Virus record (IMG/VR): IMGVR_UViG_3300005546_000011 | Location: 6,988 to 70,987 of that record | Strand: one strand, 5' to 3' | DNA from: a virus | Lineage: Duplodnaviria > Caudoviricetes | DNA: 64,000 nt | Part shown: positions 1 through 8,209 of the stretch, in pieces | How positions within the stretch are numbered: the first letter of the stretch is position 1 | Layout: every line of letters begins with the position of its first letter | Translations under genes and position numbers: made by a program | Notes under the pieces: generated by a model | What the model saw: only the letters and a program-made list of their open reading frames with translations | Told to the model about the DNA's origin: nothing | Database searches by the model: none

Positions 1-12
1 AAACACCGCAGC

Positions 13-1026
13 GTGCGGCCCGCTCCGCAAATTGCGGGGCCGCGACCGGCTCAACAGCAAGTGAGCAAAGCCGAAGTGCTACAGGCGCTCGACCTCGGGT
101 TTCTGGACGCGGGCGTTGTCACGACGCGCGACTGGCAGATGTGCCAAATCATCGTGGTGGGGGCGGGCGGTATCGGCGCGTATATGGTCCAGCACGTCGG
201 GCGAATAATGCGCGCGATCTACCAGGCCAATAAAGGCGTCCACCTGACGGTCGTGGACCCGGATACAGTTGAAGAGGTGAACATCGGCCGCCAGTTGTTT
301 TGCGAGGCGGAGATTGGAATGCCCAAGGCTGAAGCGCTCACGCGGCGCTACGGGCACGGGTGGGGCTTGAACTGCTCGTCCTACGTGGGGAAGTTCGAGG
401 AGTCGCTGATTATCGACATGGGCCTGACCATCCTGGTCGGGTGTGTGGATAACGCGGCGGCGCGGCGCACGATGAGCCAAGTCCTCGAACATAATCCGCA
501 AGAAGGCGAGCCGGTGGTGTGGTGGCTGGATTGTGGAAACCTGCAAGACACGGGAGCGGTTAGGCTGGGCTCTGCGTGCGAGGTGGATCAGCTCGCAGGC
601 TCGTTTGCTGACAAGGGGAAGTGTTACGCCTTGCCGAGCCCCGCACTGCAAAGCCCGGGGCTGCTGGAAGACGCGCCAGAGGATACGAGCGGCCACGGTA
701 TGAGTTGCGCGGAGATGGTAGCGGCCAATCTGCAGTCGCTCAACATTAACGCGCGGGTGGCGGCCGAGGCGTCGGACTTTCTGACGAGGCTGCTAGTGAC
801 CAAAGACCTGAAGCGCTTCGCGTGGGAAGTGAACCTTGCGGCGGGTTCGGCGCGGGCGCAGTACACGACGGCCGAAGCGGTAGGCCACGTGATTCACCGG
901 CCGGCGAGGTTTTTGGAGCAGCCAGCGGAGATCGGGACCGAGACGTTTGGCAGCGACCTCTTCGACCGGCTAACTGGCGAGCACGAGGATGAGATCGACC
1001 GGCTTATGCAGGAGGCGGGAATATGA
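13..1026 (+). CDS. ThiF/E1-like adenylyltransferase, PRTRC-system type (start uncertain; frame is open to the window edge)
   Basis: Rossmann motif IIVVGAGGIG, VVDPDTVEEVNIGRQLF, VGCVDNAAARR, WWLDCGN and C-terminal SCAEM..QSLNIN typical of PRTRC ThiF proteins. Confidence 0.85.
   Translation: MRPAPQIAGPRPAQQQVSKAEVLQALDLGFLDAGVVTTRDWQMCQIIVVGAGGIGAYMVQHVGRIMRAIYQANKGVHLTVVDPDTVEEVNIGRQLFCEAEIGMPKAEALTRRYGHGWGLNCSSYVGKFEESLIIDMGLTILVGCVDNAAARRTMSQVLEHNPQEGEPVVWWLDCGNLQDTGAVRLGSACEVDQLAGSFADKGKCYALPSPALQSPGLLEDAPEDTSGHGMSCAEMVAANLQSLNINARVAAEASDFLTRLLVTKDLKRFAWEVNLAAGSARAQYTTAEAVGHVIHRPARFLEQPAEIGTETFGSDLFDRLTGEHEDEIDRLMQEAGI
25..37. promoter_or_regulatory. Dispersed palindrome copy 1 (CCGCAAATTGCGG)
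   Basis: Exact inverted repeat with a single central base; six more copies in the window. Confidence 0.6.
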
Positions 1027-1208
1027 AACCGAAAAGACCGTTAAGCGAAAAGGCGCGGCGCGCGCGACAGGAAAACGGCAGAAGGATGCACGAGCGGCTG
1101 GACAAGTTGCCGGTGTCGGAGCTGAGCCCAGGCGAACGCGCTCTGAGGCAGGAGTTGTTTACCGACGAGGAAACGAAGCGACGGTTCAAAGAGTACCTGA
1201 GGGGGTAG
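1023..1208 (+). CDS. Small hypothetical protein
   Basis: AGGAGG SD upstream; ATGA overlap with the ThiF stop. Confidence 0.7.
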   Translation: MKPKRPLSEKARRARQENGRRMHERLDKLPVSELSPGERALRQELFTDEETKRRFKEYLRG

Positions 1209-1212
1209 AAAA

Positions 1213-1437
1213 GTGAGCGATGATAGACTGGCTGAGGCACAACGCAGGCAGGACGAGTCGCGTTATTGGGGAAATGCGCGGACGCTGATTCTGCATCCGC
1301 GCGGTAAATGCGGGCACGATGCCCCGCGGTTTTCAAAGGTTCCTTTTCATACTCTCGCCAAGGCTGTTCGCTGTGGCTATCGGATCTGTCGGGCGGGACA
1401 GGCTCAGCGGCAGCATGAGAACAGCAAACCCCGTTAG
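1213..1437 (+). CDS. Small protein resembling the Ada metal-binding domain (degenerate)
   Basis: YWGNARTLILH..GKC...FHTLAKAVRCGYRIC matches the Y.GN....FH..C...F.....A...GY..C pattern. Confidence 0.5.
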   Translation: MSDDRLAEAQRRQDESRYWGNARTLILHPRGKCGHDAPRFSKVPFHTLAKAVRCGYRICRAGQAQRQHENSKPR

Positions 1438-1456
1438 AGTTGCCATAACACACTGA

Positions 1457-1846
1457 ATGCCTTTCGGAGGCTCAGGCGCACCGTGGGACACGCGGGCGCA
1501 CAAGGCAAAACGAAACCACGATGCGCGCGCTGAGCGTGCAGAGGCGAAGTCTCTGCGGGCGGAGGTAGCCTTTCGCCTGGCCGCTCCCAAGCAGCGCGGC
1601 TACCGGCCCTTCCTGCTCAGAAACGCTAAAAAGATTTACGGGCACGTGCTGACGCGGGATGAGCGAGCTGTCGTACGGCGAGAGATCGTCGGCTGGTCGT
1701 CGAGCCGAACGCTCGACCCTGCGCTTCTGGAGGACCTGGGCGCGGCGCACATGGACGACAGCCACACGCCGAAACGTGGCTGCGAAGACTGCTTTGCCGA
1801 CCTGATCGACGCGGTACTCAGGAGGAGACGCAATGGCAGCGATTGA
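1457..1846 (+). CDS. Hypothetical protein
   Basis: ATG ORF in a co-oriented gene run; overlaps the next start. Confidence 0.55.
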   Translation: MPFGGSGAPWDTRAHKAKRNHDARAERAEAKSLRAEVAFRLAAPKQRGYRPFLLRNAKKIYGHVLTRDERAVVRREIVGWSSSRTLDPALLEDLGAAHMDDSHTPKRGCEDCFADLIDAVLRRRRNGSD

Positions 1847-2027
1847 CGGTGACCGGGCGTTCCAGGTTTGCCCAAGCTGCTCTGATACGATCGAGGTAAA
1901 CGACCCCGAAGTAGCCCGCTTTATTCAGCGGTGGGGTTGTCTTGATTGCCGGACGTGGCAGTGCGATAGGGAGCACTACTTTCGTCAGATAGAACGCGGG
2001 TCGATCCCCTTCAAAGCGAGCGCGTAG
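1833..2027 (+). CDS. Small Zn-ribbon-like protein
   Basis: CPSC and CLDC pairs; AGGAG SD. Confidence 0.6.
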   Translation: MAAIDGDRAFQVCPSCSDTIEVNDPEVARFIQRWGCLDCRTWQCDREHYFRQIERGSIPFKASA

Positions 2028-2069
2028 CAGTAACAAAGGACGGCCGGCTCTATAACGGGCGCTCAAAAG

Positions 2070-2098
2070 TTGACGCGCCGGGGGTTGCCGCTTACACT
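2070..2098 (+). promoter_or_regulatory. Sigma70-type promoter TTGACG-N17-TACACT
   Basis: -35 at 2070-2075, -10 at 2093-2098; GGAGGT SD before ATG 2132. Confidence 0.7.
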
Positions 2099-2131
2099 CT
2101 CCCGCCCCTAAAGGCTCGGAGGTGGTAATCG

Positions 2132-5100
2132 ATGCGACCGTTACGCGCTCTGTTCCTGACGCTTTTCTTCGTTCTACTCGCAAGCGCCGCCAGCGCAACT
2201 CAAATCACCGTCACTCAGCACACGATCGCGGGCTGGCAGAACACAAACACCGCGCCGCGCCTGCGCATCTTCCTGAACAAGCCGGTGGTGACCAGTGATA
2301 GCCGCGTGTTGCAGTCAGGATCAACTCAGAGCGGTGTGTTCTATCAGTCGATCACCTGCTCGGTGTCCGCGGGTGTGCTTACGATTCCGGAATTCACGAT
2401 CGACTCGTTGCCTGATGCGCTTGTCGGGTCGGACGCGAAGTACTCGGCCTATTTCTACACTGCCACGGGCCAGCAAATTACGGCGTTCGGGGGCTTCACG
2501 GCGTTCTCGGTTCCGGCCAAGCCCGCGTCTACGAGCTGGGCTGCGATCCTGATGTACAACGCGACGACGACGCCGCACATCGACAATCTCACCTACAACC
2601 GCACGCAGATTGACGCAAAGATTGCGGCAGTCAGTGAAGGGAACACGTCGGCCCCGGCCACGGCGCCGTTTGTCCTCAAGACGCCATCCGCTGGCCTCGT
2701 GAACGCACAGGCGCTTTCGGCCCTTGCTACGGGGCTGGTAAAGAACACGACCGGCACTGGGAGCCTGTCGATCGCGACCGCCGGTACGGACTATGAGAGC
2801 CCGATGACCTTCGGTGCCCCGCTTGCCCGCTCGGTCAACGCGGTCTCGATTCCTGCCGCTACCGGGGCACAGAACGGCTACCTGACCTCGGCCGACTGGG
2901 CTACGTTCAACGCGAAGCAGGCGGCGGGAAACTACGTCACCGCACTGACTGGCGACGTGACGGCCAGCGGGCCGGGAAGCGTGGCGGCGACTATAGCCAA
3001 TGACGCAGTGACGTTCGCCAAGCTGCAAAACGTGACGACGCAGTCCCTGTTAGGGCGGTCAACGGCAGGAACGGGAGACGTGGAGGTTCTGACGATAGGC
3101 AGCGGCCTTCAGCTTCTCGCAGGCGTTCTATCGGCAACGGGTGGGGGTGGAAGCGGAACCGTCACTACCTTTTCGGCGGGCGATTTATCCCCTTTGTTTA
3201 CTACGTCAGAGGCAAACCCAACGACTACGCCGGCGCTGACCTTCTCGTTATCGAACGCAGCGGCGCATAGTTTCTTCGGGAATAATAGTGGGGCAACCGC
3301 AGCGCCGGCATTCGTCGCATTAGGAACGGCGGACATCCCAGATCTAAGCGGAACCTACGTCGATAAGACCAGCGGCCAGACCGTCGCCGGCGCAAAGACG
3401 TTCACGGCCCCAGGAGTCTTCTCGACCTCACTCGATGCGATCGTCAAGAACTCGACGGCGGCGAATCTTCCTGCGGTTGGAAACGCTGGACGACTGTACT
3501 TTCAGACAGACGGCACGCGAGGGTTGATAGTCGATCAGGGTTCGGCTTGGTACTTCCCGGATCAGCGAGAGATCAACGTGCAGGAGTTTGGCGCGAAGGT
3601 AGACGGAAGGCTGTTTGCGGATGCGTCGATGTCGAGCACGGTGAACACGACAACGCTAGCCAGCGCATCGGCGGCGTTCACCAGCGCCGACGTAGGCAAG
3701 CTCGCGGCTGTGACCGGCGCCGGAGTGGGCGGGGCCACGCTTCAGGGCTCGATACTGTCGATCACGGATTCGTCTCACGTGGTCCTTGACACGGCGGCGT
3801 CTACCACGGTCCCCGCCGCGGCTGCGTTTGTGGCGACGGATGATACAACAGCCTTCACGAACGCGATCGCCGCGGCCAATCGCTTTGGCCAAGTGATTCG
3901 GATTCCCGCTGGACGTATGGGACTGAGCGGCGCGGGCCTGACCTTTGGCGACGGTACAAACACAACCGCATCGAGCATCAACGGCATCAGGATTCTTGGA
4001 GCGGGCGGCGGCGAGTCGCAGATTGGCTTTCGTAATGCCCCGACTGAAATCTGGTGGTTTGGTAATTCAGGGGCGGCCATCTTCACGTTCAACGGGCCGA
4101 TGGGCGGCGGCTCGCTTGAAGGAATGTTGATTGACTGCAAGGTCGGGGCGAACGCAGCGGCAACGGCCATCCAGTGGAATCACGTTCACCACTCGCGAAT
4201 CCGAGACGTCGTGATTCAAAATCACTCAGGGTTTGCGATCAAGGTCGATACTCGGCCCGTAGGTATCGTCGGAGTCAACGTCGGGTCGGATGACAACGTG
4301 ATTGAGCACGTCTGGTCGGCGGCCCCATCTTCTACTACGGGTGGTGGGTTGCAGTTGGGCGCAGCGGCGACGACGAGCTATGGCACGTCGCGCAACCAGA
4401 TCAGGGATTCGTGGTTCTACGCCGGGTCAGGAGCTACGGCAAAGGCCGTGGAAGAGCGGTACGGTGACGCTAATAACTTCTGGGGCGTGACTACCAGCAA
4501 AGTGGGCGGTTCCGGTGTCGGGATCACCATGACCGCCGCAACCGATAACAGCGCGTATCCGTCTGCCACGACGTTCTACAACGTGGCGGCGATGGGCAAC
4601 ACGGCGGTCGGGGGAACATGGGCACCGTTAGATAAAGTTCACTTCTGGCCCTATTCGGTAGCAGATGGTGAGACGGTGCCGGCCGACGCGGGATTTGCCG
4701 GGGTCACCTCACGCAACCTGTTCTTTGGCGCATTCACCTTCAGGGACGTAACAACTTTTACGCTCGCCCCGGTATTCTCCGCGATGACATCGGGAAGCCT
4801 ATTGTACGCTGGGACAAGCGGAGCGCTGAGTCAGAACAACGCGAATCTGTTCTGGGACAATTCAAATAAGAGACTTGGCATTGGCACGGCCAGCCCGTCT
4901 TTTCCGCTGACACTCGTGACCTCGGGCGGCAACGCCGGGGTCAGAATGGATAATGGGGTTGGGAACTTCCTGACCTATGTTGGATCAGGTACGAGCGGCT
5001 GGGCGGTGTTTGATCTTACCGCTGGATTAGATCGGCTGGTGGTTGATTCCGCTGGCGACGTGAACGCGATTGTGTCGCTGTCTACGCCGTTGATCTACGG

Positions 5101-5776
5101 GGGAGCCGCCGCCGGTTCGGACCTCACGATCAAGGGAACCTCGCACGCTTCACCGTCCGCTGCGCATATTCTGTTGAATCCGCTCGCGGCAAGCGGCGCG
5201 ACTCAGGTCGGCGGGGTGTTGGTGGGAGCGCCGATCGCGTCTTATGTGGGCGCAAACGATGTTCTTCACGTGCAGGCGCCCGACAACTCGGCGACGGACG
5301 TGTACGTCGATTCCTACGGCGTAGGTGTGGCGAGCGAGATATTGTTTCGACGCGCCAGGGGCTCACTGGCCTCGCCTTCAGCCTTACTAAGTGGAGACTT
5401 TATCGCGAGTTTTGGAGCAATGCCCTATCACTCGGGCGGGGCATTTGCGTCCTCGAGCAGTGCTGCGATCGCGTTCATAGCGGCCGAGAATCAGACGAAC
5501 ACCGCGAGGGGCTCGGCGATGGTCTTTGACACCACGCCAACCGGCTCGACCACATTGTTCGAACGCTGGCGGATCGAGCACGGCGGGTGGCTGATCGGGC
5601 AGGAGTTGACGGCGAACCCGACGACGGCAGAGCTTGCGGCCGGCAACCAGGTGGCCATGTACGTCAAGGCCGATAAGCTCGTGTTCGCTTACAACCAGGG
5701 CGGCACGATCAAGTATATCGTGTTCACGCTCGACGGCTCGACTGCGACGTTTACGAATAGCAGCAGCGCGCCGTAA
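2132..5776 (+). CDS. Tailspike/fibre-like protein with pectate-lyase-like beta-helix and N-terminal signal peptide
   Basis: INVQEFGAKVDG...DDTTAFTNAIAAA..VIRIPAG beta-helix entry motif; G/A/T/S-rich fibre segments; MRPLRALFLTLFFVLLASAASA signal-like N-terminus. Confidence 0.75.
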   Translation: MRPLRALFLTLFFVLLASAASATQITVTQHTIAGWQNTNTAPRLRIFLNKPVVTSDSRVLQSGSTQSGVFYQSITCSVSAGVLTIPEFTIDSLPDALVGSDAKYSAYFYTATGQQITAFGGFTAFSVPAKPASTSWAAILMYNATTTPHIDNLTYNRTQIDAKIAAVSEGNTSAPATAPFVLKTPSAGLVNAQALSALATGLVKNTTGTGSLSIATAGTDYESPMTFGAPLARSVNAVSIPAATGAQNGYLTSADWATFNAKQAAGNYVTALTGDVTASGPGSVAATIANDAVTFAKLQNVTTQSLLGRSTAGTGDVEVLTIGSGLQLLAGVLSATGGGGSGTVTTFSAGDLSPLFTTSEANPTTTPALTFSLSNAAAHSFFGNNSGATAAPAFVALGTADIPDLSGTYVDKTSGQTVAGAKTFTAPGVFSTSLDAIVKNSTAANLPAVGNAGRLYFQTDGTRGLIVDQGSAWYFPDQREINVQEFGAKVDGRLFADASMSSTVNTTTLASASAAFTSADVGKLAAVTGAGVGGATLQGSILSITDSSHVVLDTAASTTVPAAAAFVATDDTTAFTNAIAAANRFGQVIRIPAGRMGLSGAGLTFGDGTNTTASSINGIRILGAGGGESQIGFRNAPTEIWWFGNSGAAIFTFNGPMGGGSLEGMLIDCKVGANAAATAIQWNHVHHSRIRDVVIQNHSGFAIKVDTRPVGIVGVNVGSDDNVIEHVWSAAPSSTTGGGLQLGAAATTSYGTSRNQIRDSWFYAGSGATAKAVEERYGDANNFWGVTTSKVGGSGVGITMTAATDNSAYPSATTFYNVAAMGNTAVGGTWAPLDKVHFWPYSVADGETVPADAGFAGVTSRNLFFGAFTFRDVTTFTLAPVFSAMTSGSLLYAGTSGALSQNNANLFWDNSNKRLGIGTASPSFPLTLVTSGGNAGVRMDNGVGNFLTYVGSGTSGWAVFDLTAGLDRLVVDSAGDVNAIVSLSTPLIYGGAAAGSDLTIKGTSHASPSAAHILLNPLAASGATQVGGVLVGAPIASYVGANDVLHVQAPDNSATDVYVDSYGVGVASEILFRRARGSLASPSALLSGDFIASFGAMPYHSGGAFASSSSAAIAFIAAENQTNTARGSAMVFDTTPTGSTTLFERWRIEHGGWLIGQELTANPTTAELAAGNQVAMYVKADKLVFAYNQGGTIKYIVFTLDGSTATFTNSSSAP

Positions 5777-5810
5777 GACGCGCGGTTGCTGGAAAAGGAA
5801 AAGGGAGACT

Positions 5811-6239
5811 ATGAGATCATTGACAAGGCTGGTGATCGCGATACTAATGCTGGTGACCTATGCCAGCGCGCAGGATTCGCAGGCAACGGTTGGGACGCCA
5901 AAGGTTGGGGCGTCGTCCATAGGGGCGCCTACCAAAGCTCCAACTCCGGTGCTGAAGGTTGTCGAACCGACCGCCACACAGCAGGCCGCGCTTAAAGAGG
6001 CGGTCGAAAACCTCGAGCGGCAGAGGCGAGTAATCCAGGACAGCGCGAAAGCCGCTGAAAACCAGGTGCTGAGCGAAGTGTCGGGGTTTGTGAGAGGTAT
6101 CGGCATATCCCTGATCGGGCCGGGGTGGGACAAGAAGTACACGCTGGTCGAGCGCCAGGGCAAATGGGTTTTCGAGGAGATACCCCCGCCGCCGCCCGAG
6201 GCACCGAAACAGGGCGCGACCGTGCCGGCGAAACCGTAG
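5811..6239 (+). CDS. Secreted small protein, possibly a fibre-associated chaperone
   Basis: GGGAG SD; MRSLTRLVIAILMLVTYASAQ signal peptide; central coiled coil. Confidence 0.6.
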   Translation: MRSLTRLVIAILMLVTYASAQDSQATVGTPKVGASSIGAPTKAPTPVLKVVEPTATQQAALKEAVENLERQRRVIQDSAKAAENQVLSEVSGFVRGIGISLIGPGWDKKYTLVERQGKWVFEEIPPPPPEAPKQGATVPAKP

Positions 6240-6285
6240 CTGGAAAAGCCTAAGCCCTGAGCGAAAAGGGTTAGGTTACGAACAG

Positions 6286-6627
6286 ATGGCTGAAGAGCCC
6301 GTTTCACTGCGTCAGTACGTAGACACCAACTTCGAGCTGCGCGACCGTGCGCTTAAGATCCAGCACGACGCCAGCGAGCAGGCGTTGCAGCTCGCGACGA
6401 AAACCCTGGAGGCCCGGCTCGACAAGCTCAACGAGCTAAGGGCGGAGGTGACGAGCGATCGTTCAAACTTCATTACGCGAATGGAATTTGACGCAGAGTC
6501 GAAGCGCATTGACAGTCTTGAGAAGTGGCAGGCAAAGATGATCGGCATCGGCGTTATCACCGCCGCCGTTTTAACGATTGTCGCAGGGCTGATTGGCGCG
6601 GCAGTCGCGAAGCTTTTGAGCAGGTGA
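6286..6627 (+). CDS. Coiled-coil protein with C-terminal transmembrane helix (holin/XhlA-like)
   Basis: Heptad-rich N-terminus followed by MIGIGVITAAVLTIVAGLIGAAV. Confidence 0.55.
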   Translation: MAEEPVSLRQYVDTNFELRDRALKIQHDASEQALQLATKTLEARLDKLNELRAEVTSDRSNFITRMEFDAESKRIDSLEKWQAKMIGIGVITAAVLTIVAGLIGAAVAKLLSR

Positions 6628-6674
6628 GGTGTCTCTTCCTTCTCTTGCCGAGTTGAAAGAGAGGGCACTTGATA

Positions 6675-7223
6675 ATGCGAAAGACGTGCAGGCCGGGCAG
6701 TCCGTGCGCGGTGCTGATGATAGAGGATGACTCCGCGATCGTCGAGTTGGTCGTGTCGAATGCCGCGCGTTTAGAGCCCGGCTGTTTCGCGATCGAGCCC
6801 GCCGGCACGCTCGCGCGCGCTGTTGAACACCTGCAAGGCGTAAGCTACGACGCCGTACTGCTCGATCTGGGACTGCCGGACTCTCAAGGGCTGGCCACCC
6901 TTAGTGCGCTTGCCAGGGTCGTGAACGACCAAAGCCCGTTGATCGTGCTGACCGGAGAGGATGACGCGGAGACCGAGCTGCGATGCTTCGATGAAGGAGT
7001 TGCGGAATTCATCCCGAAGCCCTTTGATCCGCAGCGCCTGTTGATGAAGATACGGCACGCGATCCTGCGTCACCGGAAAGCCATGCGGGACCGGAGCGTG
7101 TTGCTCGAGGAAGTGGAGATGCTGCGACGTGTCGAGACGGTAGCGGACAAAAGTGCGGCAAGCGCGATGATTCAGGAGGTTGCCGGAACGCTCCTGAAGC
7201 TGGCGCATGGGCACCATTATTGA
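6675..7223 (+). CDS. Response-regulator receiver (REC) domain protein
   Basis: VLMIEDD, YDAVLLDLGLPDSQG (phospho-Asp), IVLTG and FIPKPFD motifs. Confidence 0.9.
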   Translation: MRKTCRPGSPCAVLMIEDDSAIVELVVSNAARLEPGCFAIEPAGTLARAVEHLQGVSYDAVLLDLGLPDSQGLATLSALARVVNDQSPLIVLTGEDDAETELRCFDEGVAEFIPKPFDPQRLLMKIRHAILRHRKAMRDRSVLLEEVEMLRRVETVADKSAASAMIQEVAGTLLKLAHGHHY

Positions 7224-7245
7224 ATCAGGATGCTCCTACATCTAA

Positions 7246-7614
7246 TTGAGCAACGAAATCACAATCGCGATAATCGCCGCCTCGGGGTCGCTTGGTGGAG
7301 TTCTGTCCACGCTCGCCTTCCAGTCTATTCAACAGTGGCGCAAGGCCCGCACCGATTCCCGAAAGGAAACAGAGGCGGCGCAGGTTTCGAGTCAGCAGCA
7401 TTTCCAGGAGCTGCTCGTAGCAGCCTGCGAGAAGCTGATGATTGCGGATCGCGAGTGGGCGAAGGAGCGGCTGGAGTTTGCGCGAAAGGCGCTGATCGCG
7501 GAAGAGCGCCTGAGGGCCAAGGAGGCCGACTGCGCGCGAGAGGCGGCCGTGTACGAGCAGCGCATAGCCGCCCTGTTGCGAAACCCGCAAATTGCGGGGC
7601 CGGACAATGACTGA
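7246..7614 (+). CDS. Membrane-anchored coiled-coil protein (holin-like)
   Basis: N-terminal ITIAIIAASGSLGGVLSTLAF helix followed by a coiled coil. Confidence 0.55.
   Translation: MSNEITIAIIAASGSLGGVLSTLAFQSIQQWRKARTDSRKETEAAQVSSQQHFQELLVAACEKLMIADREWAKERLEFARKALIAEERLRAKEADCAREAAVYEQRIAALLRNPQIAGPDND
7584..7598. promoter_or_regulatory. Dispersed palindrome copy 2 (CCCGCAAATTGCGGG)
   Basis: Ends 8 nt upstream of the terS ATG at 7607. Confidence 0.6.
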
Positions 7615-8209
7615 CAAGGCCAAACCGAAGAATGAACCACCCGCGAAACCCCATGCGAAAGCCGGGAACCGGGCACCCCATGCGAAATGCGGAGCTCACG
7701 CGAGACGCACGGGTAAGCCGTGCAAGCAGCCTGCTGGAGCACGCACCGATCACCCGGGCGAGGGGAAGTGTTTCCTTCACGGCGGGGCGACCCCAATAAG
7801 GCACGGCATCTACTCTGAGATCAAGCGCAAGAGCCTCCGCCAGCAGCTTGAGCGCATCGAGAAGGACGGGGCCGGCCTCGACCTCACGCGAGAGGTAAAC
7901 CTGTTGCGTGCGCTGATCGCCGATCAACTGGCCCAAAAACTGGCAACCGACCCGGGGGTCATCGCGATGCTGGCGGACAAGGTCGGTGCCACGGCCGATC
8001 GGATCCAGAAGCATCAGCAAGCGAAGTCTGTCAGCCTGGCTACGCTTAACCGTGTGATGGAGCAGATGGGGGTGGAAGTGGCAGCGGCCGTGCAGGAGGC
8101 AAAACTTGACCCATCTACGGGTACCGCACTTTGCGAAATTATCGAACGCAGGTGGGGGTCTCTCAGACTCGACGCTTATAGCACCAGCGATTCGCGGGCT
8201 CAGGCGTAG
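7607..8209 (+). CDS. terS: Terminase small subunit with C3H (HGGxSTG-like) Zn finger
   Basis: CGAHARRTGKPCKQ...CFLHGGATP...HGIYS motif; lies directly upstream of terL. Confidence 0.7.
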   Translation: MTDKAKPKNEPPAKPHAKAGNRAPHAKCGAHARRTGKPCKQPAGARTDHPGEGKCFLHGGATPIRHGIYSEIKRKSLRQQLERIEKDGAGLDLTREVNLLRALIADQLAQKLATDPGVIAMLADKVGATADRIQKHQQAKSVSLATLNRVMEQMGVEVAAAVQEAKLDPSTGTALCEIIERRWGSLRLDAYSTSDSRAQA

